48,008 bases of DNA from a virus (Duplodnaviria; Caudoviricetes), in the IMG/VR virus record IMGVR_UViG_3300004112_000008, positions 1 to 48,008 of that record. The stretch is one strand, 5' to 3'. The notes beneath the pieces were generated by a model. The model had not been told where the DNA came from. It did not search any database and saw nothing but the letters and a program-made list of their open reading frames with translations. Shown piece after piece: positions 19,396 through 27,393 of the stretch. Position numbers and translations under genes: made by a program. The number at the start of each line of letters is the position of its first letter. Position 1 is the first letter of the stretch.

Positions 19396-20063
19396 TGAAG
19401 ACCTCTTGCAACCACTATCCTGTTTGGGTTACCACTAGCCGTCAGTCCAAGGTCCAGAACTATGTGCTCCTCAAAATGCTTGATGAGGACGTTCAGGTCT
19501 CTGAAGCATCCGAACCTGCTGTCATAATCGTCAAATGCCCAGATTGTAGACTTTTTTGTACGAGGCATTAGAGACAAAAAGTCGTCTAGAACGGCGTAGT
19601 GGTCGTGTGAGCCATCGATCCAGCAGAGGTCTGCAACAGCATCGTCTTCTTTTATTTTCTTAGAAAGTTGCTGTGCATCACCTAGCACAAATCTAATATT
19701 TTTATTTTCTTCAAAAGAAGAGTCTCTATCGTCCTTTATATCGCACGTATAGACCAAAGAGTCTGACAAAGCTTTGGCAAAAATAATGGATTGTAGGCCT
19801 TGTGCCGTACCGACTTCGACAAAAGTCTTCATGTCTTGTCCTAGAGCTTTTGCCTTTAGCGCTACGTGCATCAAGAAAGAAGGTCTTTGTTTCAGATCAG
19901 ACAAAATTTGTTGACGTCTATGAGGATCGAATATTCCACTAGAAGTCAACTTTTGGTCCTGGACTTTGAAAGATACGTCGTTCCAAATGGTGTCACAGAT
20001 GTCTTTGGCACGAGAGTCCATTGCGTCGAAGCTATTGACGCAATCTTCGAAAAAATTCATCAC
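19392..20063 (-). CDS. SAM-dependent O-methyltransferase (Methyltransf_24-like)
   Basis: VEVGTAQG, TCDI, DLCWIDGSHDH and AFDDY. Confidence 0.85.
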   Translation of the reverse strand: MMNFFEDCVNSFDAMDSRAKDICDTIWNDVSFKVQDQKLTSSGIFDPHRRQQILSDLKQRPSFLMHVALKAKALGQDMKTFVEVGTAQGLQSIIFAKALSDSLVYTCDIKDDRDSSFEENKNIRFVLGDAQQLSKKIKEDDAVADLCWIDGSHDHYAVLDDFLSLMPRTKKSTIWAFDDYDSRFGCFRDLNVLIKHFEEHIVLDLGLTASGNPNRIVVARGLQ

Positions 20064-20419
20064 GACCTCCTCTTGACGGCATAAATGAAGATGTCACCGA
20101 AAGGTGTACCGTTGAACATCGTCGAAAGCATTGCAAGATCCTTTGACGACACAAGATCTGTCTTAGCCCTCTGTGTGAAGATGTCTGGGTCGAGCTCTTG
20201 ATTGTTATTGATATTCACGGAATCATAGTACATCTGAGAAACGAGATTGACTGCCTCGTTAGAAATCTCTACGTTTGACTCTTGAAAAACATTGACGACA
20301 GTGTCGAAGATGTCTTGATAGATCGTGATGCAAGTCTCTTTGTCAAGCTTGCTCTGCAAATGTTTTTCAAGCTTCTTGGTAAGAAGCTTGCTCATTGCAT
20401 CGTGTATCTGTTTCTTCAT
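20060..20419 (-). CDS. Hypothetical protein
   Basis: 119 aa ORF coupled to the MTase gene, with a promoter-like sequence upstream. Confidence 0.6.
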   Translation of the reverse strand: MKKQIHDAMSKLLTKKLEKHLQSKLDKETCITIYQDIFDTVVNVFQESNVEISNEAVNLVSQMYYDSVNINNNQELDPDIFTQRAKTDLVSSKDLAMLSTMFNGTPFGDIFIYAVKRRS

Positions 20420-20431
20420 GTTGCTTGATGT

Positions 20432-20460
20432 ATTATAAGCTCGATAGACAGTTTATGTAC
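20432..20460 (-). promoter_or_regulatory. Sigma70-like promoter
   Basis: GTACAT-N17-TATAAT, 12 nt upstream of ATG 20419. Confidence 0.45.
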
Positions 20461-21326
20461 TTTTCTGTGACGTCCTGTATGTCTATTGTAGACTTTATTC
20501 CGTTCACAAATGAATTTCTGAAATCAAGAAGTGGCGGAGAGTACAGGTCAAGAGGTCTCATGTCCCATTCCATGTCTTGAACGACTGTGGAATTTTCTCC
20601 CGATATTTCTCTCGTTCCTCCCGACGAAGATACGACGATCTCACATCCCGATGCTCTTGCGTCCACGACGACGTTGGGACAGTGGTCTAAGAACGCCAAA
20701 TGAACAAATTTCTTTGAGCGCTTATAGACTGAGATGCAGGCTTCCCATGTTTGTTTTCCTACATACAAGACATCGTCGCGTTCAACAATTAAATCTGGAT
20801 TATCTCCCAAGACAATCAAACACGCCTTATTCGACTTATTTTCCAGGAAGTACCTGATATTCTCCTTGAGCCTCTTGTGAGGTCTCCACGACGAAGAGCA
20901 ACACCAAACTTCTTCGAATCTGTCAAGAGCTGGGTGTGTTGTCGCAGGTATTGCATCTATCTCTTCTTGTGAAGTTCCATTCCCTATTACGAAGGAAGAC
21001 TTAGCAATACCAAAGTATTTTTCTGATAGTCTTTTATTGAATTGTGACTGATATATTACGAGATCAGACTCGTTGAAAGACTTCTTGATCGGTTGATTCA
21101 GCGCTTCCCAGTCTTGTCTCGTGTTGAAATAGATGCCATCGAGTCTGAGCGCTGTCTTTTTTGCCTTGACAGATAGTCTCTGTATGAAAGACAATTGGAC
21201 GTCAGGCTCTTTGACGACCGTTGAGGCTTCATGTCCGCGCTTGTTTAGCTCGTCCATTAGCTTTCTGCCAAAAGAATTGGGTCCGCTAGTGGACTTAGGA
21301 TCAACATTATCGAGAAAAATTTTCAC
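20433..21326 (-). CDS. Glycosyltransferase, GT-B (GT4-like)
   Basis: SGPNSF, RLDG, IYQSQF, WRPHKR and FLDHCPNVVVDARASG...SGGTRE. Confidence 0.85.
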   Translation of the reverse strand: MKIFLDNVDPKSTSGPNSFGRKLMDELNKRGHEASTVVKEPDVQLSFIQRLSVKAKKTALRLDGIYFNTRQDWEALNQPIKKSFNESDLVIYQSQFNKRLSEKYFGIAKSSFVIGNGTSQEEIDAIPATTHPALDRFEEVWCCSSSWRPHKRLKENIRYFLENKSNKACLIVLGDNPDLIVERDDVLYVGKQTWEACISVYKRSKKFVHLAFLDHCPNVVVDARASGCEIVVSSSGGTREISGENSTVVQDMEWDMRPLDLYSPPLLDFRNSFVNGIKSTIDIQDVTEKYINCLSSL

Positions 21327-22066
21327 TTCAGGAAGCCTCTTTCTCGAATCCTTTCAGCAGACATCTTTTGCCTGATCGATCTTTCGCTATTGAACAAGTT
21401 TTTATTCCCTAAGTCAATGTTGTAGTGATAACCGACGATCGGCACAAACTGTAAACGCTTGCCATCTTGATGGGACATATGCATCATTGGAAGAAAAACT
21501 GCTTGATCGCATGCAATCATAATGTAATCACCTTGATCGTCTCTGAAGTTTACATCAGGAACTTTCTTCAGTTCGCTGCATCGAAAAGTCTTGAGATGAG
21601 AAGACACCCACGGGTGCTGGTACACCGTTTGATTGCCAACTAGCTTTAGCGGACCAGAGATGTTTTGTGCGGTATAGGACCATCTGTGGGCTGTCCATGC
21701 GACAGCTGTGTTAGGATCTTGGTAAACGGCATTCAATATGTGAAGGAGATCATTTTCGACGAGCCAGTCACCTCCATCTAAACGACAAACCACATTGTTG
21801 TCTTCGATTGCTTTTACAGACTTCAATGTGTTTCTGACTTCTCCGTGCTTCTCTTCGTTGTCCCATAGGAGGAATCGATTTCTGATCTTTGCTGGGAGAG
21901 ATTCTACAGTGTTTCTGACGACTGCGGGAGTCGAATCAGTCGACATGTCATTGATGAGTATCGCTCTCCACTTGTCGTATGACTGTGAGACCATAGAGTA
22001 TAACGTTTTCTCTATGTCTTCTTCGCAATTGAAGTAAGGAATAACAAAAACGAAATTGTTGTTCAC
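21323..22066 (-). CDS. Glycosyltransferase, GT-A (GT2)
   Basis: VIPYFN, SMVSQSY, INDMSTD and LDGGDWL. The start is set at GTG 22066 (GTGA overlap). Confidence 0.85.
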   Translation of the reverse strand: MNNNFVFVIPYFNCEEDIEKTLYSMVSQSYDKWRAILINDMSTDSTPAVVRNTVESLPAKIRNRFLLWDNEEKHGEVRNTLKSVKAIEDNNVVCRLDGGDWLVENDLLHILNAVYQDPNTAVAWTAHRWSYTAQNISGPLKLVGNQTVYQHPWVSSHLKTFRCSELKKVPDVNFRDDQGDYIMIACDQAVFLPMMHMSHQDGKRLQFVPIVGYHYNIDLGNKNLFNSERSIRQKMSAERIRERGFLK

Positions 22067-23991
22067 TTCTTCACCATGATAGAAGGCTCTCCCCTGTCGC
22101 ACTTGATGAAAGGAATCGACTCACCGTTCCACTTCTTGTGCCAAATCCAGCCACCGGTCTTTTCCTTCAAATCTGATGCTCTCTTGTCTATCATTTCTTC
22201 TGTGACTTGAGACCAAGGCATATCGAACATCATGTTGGTCTCTGCTGTGTCCTCTAGCGAGCCGTTATACAGAGAGTTCCAATGTTTCGTCCAATAGGTT
22301 CTGTATGTCCTCATCTTTCTCGGGATGTCATACCACGAGTAATGATGAACACCTGGGAGATTCTCAATAACCTTGTTAAACCACGATTGATAGTGTGATA
22401 GAGCTGCTTCGTGTCCACTTGCTGCGGCTTGACGGACCTTTTCAGTCTCTGGTGTATGGAACGTGATGTGGGGCAACACCTCACCTGTTTCTTTGTGGAT
22501 CATGTCGCATCCATCAGTTCCTGGGAGAGAAAACGTGTCGCCGTTGTTGTCTTTTCTCTTTAGTTGTGCTGGGATGCCGTGAGTGATGTGAGGAAGATTT
22601 CTGCTGAGTCTCCACTTCCAGGGTTGAATGTCTAGTCTTACTTTTTCTGGGCCTCCCCAGTATTCGATGACTGGAAGTGAGATGATATCGACATTCTTCG
22701 GTATCTTTTGACAGAGGTCAGACACTTTGGAGGCATCTAACTCATGTACTATCTCGTCTGAGTCCATCTGCCAACAGAATTCTCCCGTACACATTGCACG
22801 TGCTTCAGCTTTTTGCATGCCGTCGAACACAGCATGTCTCGGATGGGCCCAGTCCCTTTTCACTGTCTTTACTTTCAGCTTTACAGAACCCTCGGTATTG
22901 AATTCCTTTTCGAGGACAGAAAGAACCTCTCGAGTACCGTCTGTGCTTCCTCCATCGACGACGCAAACTTCGTTGCAAAAGGCTAGCATCGACTTGATGC
23001 ACTCTTCGAACGGGTATTTCTGTGACACGCAGTTGTAAGTCGTAGTATATCCGCTTATCGTCGGTTTCTTCTCAATGATCTTTGTGAGAGTCGACCAGAA
23101 AAGACGTGGCGCAGAATACAAATATTCGTGAATCGATTCTAGGTCGTCAGTGTCAAACCATTCTTCTTTTGCATGCTGGACGTTGTCATTAAGATGCAAC
23201 TTACATCCTAGCAGTTTTGCCTCTATGACCATCCTGGGGCACGTGTCTCCGCCCGGAGGAAGATAGACTAGACCTGCAGAACTCGCTAGACGTGCCAGCA
23301 GTTCTTTGTAGTCCAACCCCCAAACTATATCATAGTCCTTGTTGTTCTCTTCGCACCACTTCTTGGCAGCTTCTAGTCCTTTGATCCACGAATTCGATCC
23401 TAAGACAATCCACTTTTTTCTCTCAAGTTTAGCTGCTTGCGTTCGAAGAAGCTTCATTGTACCTAGCGTCTCTTTTGAGAAGACGCTGGAGAGGACGATG
23501 TTGTCTTTTTCGGCTAAGAAAGGAAAGTGCTTGAAGTAGACGTCTTTCTGAGCTTCTGACATCCACCACAGAGCCTTAGCTCCATAGTAAAAAGCTGAAA
23601 CTAATTTTCCATTCAACTGACCCGCACAGTCACAAGGCGTTCCTGTCAGTGCTTCATGTTTTTCAACAGATCTGTGTCGACAGAATTTATAATCATATTC
23701 CAAGATCGTGTATTTCATATTTGCAACGATCGAAGGAATAAGCTCGGGATTCATTTGAGAGAAATTCCCAAAAACCCAAAACTTCTGGACTCCTTGTTGT
23801 AAGGCCGCCAAATTCAAATCCCTAGAGTGGATCTTCTGGATCCTAAAGGGAGATTCACTCAGAAGTGCTTCTGTTGTTAATTCAGCACCTCCTACATAAT
23901 CTTCGACAAACATGTCTGAGACTACAATGATGTCTGCTTCGTCATCAATAATTTTGTTTGGGTTAATGAAGACCTGCTCTTTAAAATTCAT
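22063..23991 (-). CDS. Bifunctional glycosyltransferase (GT-B N-half plus GT2 C-half)
   Basis: N-half: GGAELT, WIKG, DTCPRMVIEAKLLG. C-half: TTTYN, VVDGGSTDGT, WQMDSDE, HHYSW. Confidence 0.85.
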   Translation of the reverse strand: MNFKEQVFINPNKIIDDEADIIVVSDMFVEDYVGGAELTTEALLSESPFRIQKIHSRDLNLAALQQGVQKFWVFGNFSQMNPELIPSIVANMKYTILEYDYKFCRHRSVEKHEALTGTPCDCAGQLNGKLVSAFYYGAKALWWMSEAQKDVYFKHFPFLAEKDNIVLSSVFSKETLGTMKLLRTQAAKLERKKWIVLGSNSWIKGLEAAKKWCEENNKDYDIVWGLDYKELLARLASSAGLVYLPPGGDTCPRMVIEAKLLGCKLHLNDNVQHAKEEWFDTDDLESIHEYLYSAPRLFWSTLTKIIEKKPTISGYTTTYNCVSQKYPFEECIKSMLAFCNEVCVVDGGSTDGTREVLSVLEKEFNTEGSVKLKVKTVKRDWAHPRHAVFDGMQKAEARAMCTGEFCWQMDSDEIVHELDASKVSDLCQKIPKNVDIISLPVIEYWGGPEKVRLDIQPWKWRLSRNLPHITHGIPAQLKRKDNNGDTFSLPGTDGCDMIHKETGEVLPHITFHTPETEKVRQAAASGHEAALSHYQSWFNKVIENLPGVHHYSWYDIPRKMRTYRTYWTKHWNSLYNGSLEDTAETNMMFDMPWSQVTEEMIDKRASDLKEKTGGWIWHKKWNGESIPFIKCDRGEPSIMVKK

Positions 23992-24004
23992 TTGTAATTC
24001 TCTT

Positions 24005-24028
24005 TAAGCTTTTAAGCTTTAAAGCTTA
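24005..24028. repeat. Three AAGCTT units at 8-nt period containing a perfect 16-bp palindrome
   Basis: AAGCTT at 24006, 24014 and 24022; TAAGCTTTAAAGCTTA (24013-24028) is self-complementary. It sits in the divergent intergenic region. Confidence 0.8.
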
Positions 24029-24063
24029 TTTAAGATGTTTAGAATCTACAGACGACTAGGGAA

Positions 24064-24597
24064 ATGTATATGAAGAAAAGTTCTTCTACGATCGACAGAA
24101 AAACATTGACCGCAGTCCCGTCTTCCAAGAAGAATATTTCAACTATTAAAGATATTCACAATAAGCTGTCATCCAGCCCGGCTTTGAATGGCGGATTCGA
24201 CACTCTTTTATACAAGATAGACAAAATTGAACAAAGTCAAGGTCAGCTCGTCTCCAAGGTAGACAAGATACACGAGGCGATCTACGACCCTAACGAAGGT
24301 ATTTTTTCCAAGCTTTCGCAACACAGTCTGGATAACGAAGTGAAACTTGGAGAAATTAATAAGAACATCCTCGAACTAAACATCTGGAAGAAAAACAAGG
24401 ACAAAACAGATCAGAAAGAAGAAGAAGATCTTGACACAAACAAGACAAAGATAGCTTCTTTAGAGAAAAGTGTAGAGTCGCTAAGTTCCAGCAAAGATAC
24501 TGCTTGGTCCATCATAAAGTGGTTCGCAGCTGCGCTTGGTGGCGCATTGTTTACACTTGCCGCAGCATACATTCAGAAAAAATTAAGTCTTCGATGA
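24064..24597 (+). CDS. Coiled-coil protein with C-terminal transmembrane anchor
   Basis: Heptad-rich body; C-terminal WSIIKWFAAALGGALFTLAAAYI followed by a basic tail. Confidence 0.65.
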   Translation: MYMKKSSSTIDRKTLTAVPSSKKNISTIKDIHNKLSSSPALNGGFDTLLYKIDKIEQSQGQLVSKVDKIHEAIYDPNEGIFSKLSQHSLDNEVKLGEINKNILELNIWKKNKDKTDQKEEEDLDTNKTKIASLEKSVESLSSSKDTAWSIIKWFAAALGGALFTLAAAYIQKKLSLR

Positions 24598-24632
24598 TGT
24601 TCATTTCTACCTAAAATTGTAGGGTAGACCTA

Positions 24633-25742
24633 ATGTCGAAACTTGAAGAACTCAAAGAATTTTTGAGTGAAAATTTAGAAGTAAGGTTGTCGATGGATTC
24701 TGATCTAAGAACCCGCCGAAAGTTGCAACATCTTTCTTCTCTCAAGTTTAAAGACAAAGAGTTTCAGTCATTGTACGAGATGACGATGAAACACGCGCAT
24801 CATGCAGAATACTCGTGCCCAGGATCAGGAATCCTTTTCGTTCAAAAAGTCGTCGGCAGTAAAATGTCTGACCGTACGCCACTTATTTCATCAAAAAAAG
24901 ATCTTGAAGAACTGATTAGAAATTTGGACGTATCAAGCAAAGCTAAAAGCTTGCTTCTTGAATCTCTCAACTACTCAAATTCTTCTACTAAATTGTCCAT
25001 AAAGAAATCTTCAACCTCTGCAACTTATGTCGAGATCGCTGAAGGTTATAGCTTTTCTCTTAAGGCTTTGTTAAAGACGCCTTACACCGAACTGAAGAAT
25101 TCTAAAGTTGCATGCATTGATGGATTTGTCGAAAATGTTTCTGAGATACACCGTCTCATGACTGATGTTTCTGAGAGCAAAATACCTTGTCTCGTTTTTG
25201 TTAGAGGCATGTCTGACGATGTTTTGCATACAATTAGCGTCAACTTGGATAGAAAGACAGCATCTGTCTATCCTTTCGTAGTTCCCTTTGACATCGAAAA
25301 TGTCAATACATTGGTAGACGTTGCTGTTGTGAGTGGAACTGACGTTGTCTCAAATTTGAAAGGCGACCTTATTTCCTCAGTAAGCTATTCAAGTCTGGGA
25401 AATTGTCAAAGCTGCATTATTTCTGGTGGCGATGTTAGAATCAAAAATGAAACGACGCGTCATAGGGTGAAAGAACACACAGATAATCTAAAGTCAACTT
25501 TGACTGAACGACCCGAGCTAGAGAAAATTTTGTCGAAGCGTCTACAGTCGCTCTCTTCGTCCTGCATTGACATATGTCTACCAGACGATGTTAATTTCTA
25601 TTCTATGTCACAACAACTTGACGAAGGCATTCGGATTCTATCGGCAGTTATGAAGAAGTCATATCATCCTGACAAAATTGCGCAAGACGCATACACAGCT
25701 TACGTTAAAACACTAGAAGTCAATCAAACAATTTTTACTTGA
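24633..25742 (+). CDS. Degenerate GroEL/Cpn60-like protein (apical domain retained, ATP motif lost)
   Basis: EIAEGYSF...IDGFVENVSEIHRLM...PCLVFVRGMSDDVLHTISVN...LVDVAVVSGTDVVSNLKG...LG aligns by eye with the GroEL apical domain. There is no GDGTTT motif and the protein is only 369 aa. Confidence 0.75.
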   Translation: MSKLEELKEFLSENLEVRLSMDSDLRTRRKLQHLSSLKFKDKEFQSLYEMTMKHAHHAEYSCPGSGILFVQKVVGSKMSDRTPLISSKKDLEELIRNLDVSSKAKSLLLESLNYSNSSTKLSIKKSSTSATYVEIAEGYSFSLKALLKTPYTELKNSKVACIDGFVENVSEIHRLMTDVSESKIPCLVFVRGMSDDVLHTISVNLDRKTASVYPFVVPFDIENVNTLVDVAVVSGTDVVSNLKGDLISSVSYSSLGNCQSCIISGGDVRIKNETTRHRVKEHTDNLKSTLTERPELEKILSKRLQSLSSSCIDICLPDDVNFYSMSQQLDEGIRILSAVMKKSYHPDKIAQDAYTAYVKTLEVNQTIFT

Positions 25743-25777
25743 TTCTGTCAGTTGTTACTGTAGATGCAGGTGCTTCA

Positions 25778-25999
25778 ATGAATAATGTCGACAAGGCAAC
25801 AAGAGACTCTAGAATTTTGATAGAGAGCGCAAAGGATACCGTGACTAAAAATTTGGTACTTTCTGCAAGGAATGAGACCGTATCTCTTACTAAGACACAG
25901 TTGGAGACGATCATATCGATAGTCAATTTGTCCTTTGACGAAGGTTATCAAAGAGCTCTACCTTCATTTCAGAATGCCATCAAAAAGTACTTTCCTTGA
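25778..25999 (+). CDS. Small hypothetical protein
   Basis: ATG 25778 with AGGTG upstream; 73 aa, helical. Confidence 0.55.
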   Translation: MNNVDKATRDSRILIESAKDTVTKNLVLSARNETVSLTKTQLETIISIVNLSFDEGYQRALPSFQNAIKKYFP

Positions 26000-26011
26000 T
26001 GCAAGGAACTC

Positions 26012-26479
26012 ATGAGAGGTCAGCGTCATCTCATAAAGTGCAGGTGCGTCTTACAGCAATTCAAGGGAAGAGTCGATCCTCCTGCCCATCATTTCATGAC
26101 TTTTTCTGTCATAGATGATTCAGACAACCCAGTGGTCAAATATGCACAGTGCAATAACTGCGGTATCATCCATAAAGTTGTAGACATCTGCACCTCAGAA
26201 GTGCTCCAAGGAAAAGAAGCAATGTCTTCAATCGTTACTATTGAAGACATAAAGCAAAGCTTGCCCTCAAACCTCTCTAGCATACTTGAAAGACACAACG
26301 TCGACATATCAACCTGGGAATTAGCTCAATTTTACCTAGAAAATAAGCAGTGGGGAAATGTCGTCGTAATGACGCAAGAGGAAGATTCAGGTTCCAAACA
26401 CGGCAAATATGTTAGGATTCTCAGCGAGACCTTTTTCAAGATCGAGAATTTCAATAGGGAAGAGTACCTAACTCCTTGA
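26012..26479 (+). CDS. Putative Zn-binding protein
   Basis: HLIKCRC...QCNNCGIIHKV..IC; AAGGA RBS. Confidence 0.6.
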   Translation: MRGQRHLIKCRCVLQQFKGRVDPPAHHFMTFSVIDDSDNPVVKYAQCNNCGIIHKVVDICTSEVLQGKEAMSSIVTIEDIKQSLPSNLSSILERHNVDISTWELAQFYLENKQWGNVVVMTQEEDSGSKHGKYVRILSETFFKIENFNREEYLTP

Positions 26480-26488
26480 GAGGTCAAG

Positions 26489-26752
26489 ATGGACAAAGAA
26501 ACAGAATTATACGGACAGCTACAATCAGAAAAACTAGCCAAAGAAAGTGCTGTAGCACACCAGATAGTCAGAGAGATTAATCTCTTCGGTATTAATGACC
26601 GTCAGCGGTGGCTAGTGATGTACTATCTCGCCTTGGAGCTTGAAAATGTTCAAGAAATGAAGACACTGACTTCTTTCGTAAAAGAAGTAAAGGGTGACGA
26701 TTTGTTTATATCAAAGCTCTACGGAGCAGACGAAGGAGACCAAGATGGGTAG
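26489..26752 (+). CDS. Small hypothetical protein
   Basis: 87 aa with GAGG RBS; overlaps the clpP start. Confidence 0.6.
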   Translation: MDKETELYGQLQSEKLAKESAVAHQIVREINLFGINDRQRWLVMYYLALELENVQEMKTLTSFVKEVKGDDLFISKLYGADEGDQDG

Positions 26753-27350
26753 ATCTGTTCACAATAGAGCATTTGAAGAAGACAGAAATCTAAAGAAGAA
26801 TTCTGAAGAAGCAATGCAATTCGCAACAGTGCATGCTGGAGACGCGTCCAGACTTGTAGTATTGCACGGAGATGTCAATGAGTCGTCAATCTCCCTCGTC
26901 GTGGCCCAACTCTTGCACTTAGCTTCAATAAACCACAATCCAATACATCTAGTAATTTCTACTTATGGCGGATCTGTCGATGAGATGTTTACTCTGTACG
27001 ACACCATCAAGTTTCTACCATGCCCAGTCCACACGATCGCTTTAGGTAAAGTAATGTCTGCAGGAGTACTTCTCCTCGCTAGCGGAACGAAGGGCATGAG
27101 GATGATTGGAAGATCTGCAAGGATCATGATTCATCCTGTATCGGGCGGAGTGATGGGCAACGTCTTCGAGGTCATAAATGACACCAACGAACACAAACGC
27201 CTACAGGACCAGATGGTGTCGGCTATAGTCAGAGAAACAAAGTCTTCTAAACAAGAAATTGAGAAGATCATGAAGTCAGGCCACGATTATTATCTTCTCC
27301 CAGATCAAGCTATCAAGATGGGAATCGTCGATAAGATCATAGGCGATTAG
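26745..27350 (+). CDS. clpP: ClpP-like serine protease
   Basis: ISTYGGSV, GKVMSAG (Ser), IMIHP (His), HDYYL (Asp) and GIVDKI. The start is set at ATG 26745 (AAGGAG RBS). Confidence 0.9.
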   Translation: MGRSVHNRAFEEDRNLKKNSEEAMQFATVHAGDASRLVVLHGDVNESSISLVVAQLLHLASINHNPIHLVISTYGGSVDEMFTLYDTIKFLPCPVHTIALGKVMSAGVLLLASGTKGMRMIGRSARIMIHPVSGGVMGNVFEVINDTNEHKRLQDQMVSAIVRETKSSKQEIEKIMKSGHDYYLLPDQAIKMGIVDKIIGD

Positions 27351-27357
27351 GCTTCTG

Positions 27358-27386
27358 TGCAAACGTCAAATAGTTCTGAATATAGT
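27358..27386 (+). promoter_or_regulatory. Sigma70-like promoter, probably giving a leaderless transcript
   Basis: TGCAAA-N17-TATAGT, 7 nt before ATG 27394; no RBS. Confidence 0.4.
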
Positions 27387-27393
27387 CCTCTTC

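Noticed and set aside
9759-23991. Bacterial O-antigen/capsule locus
   Set aside because: No flippase, polymerase, exporter or initiating transferase, and it is flanked by phage baseplate and gp55-like genes.
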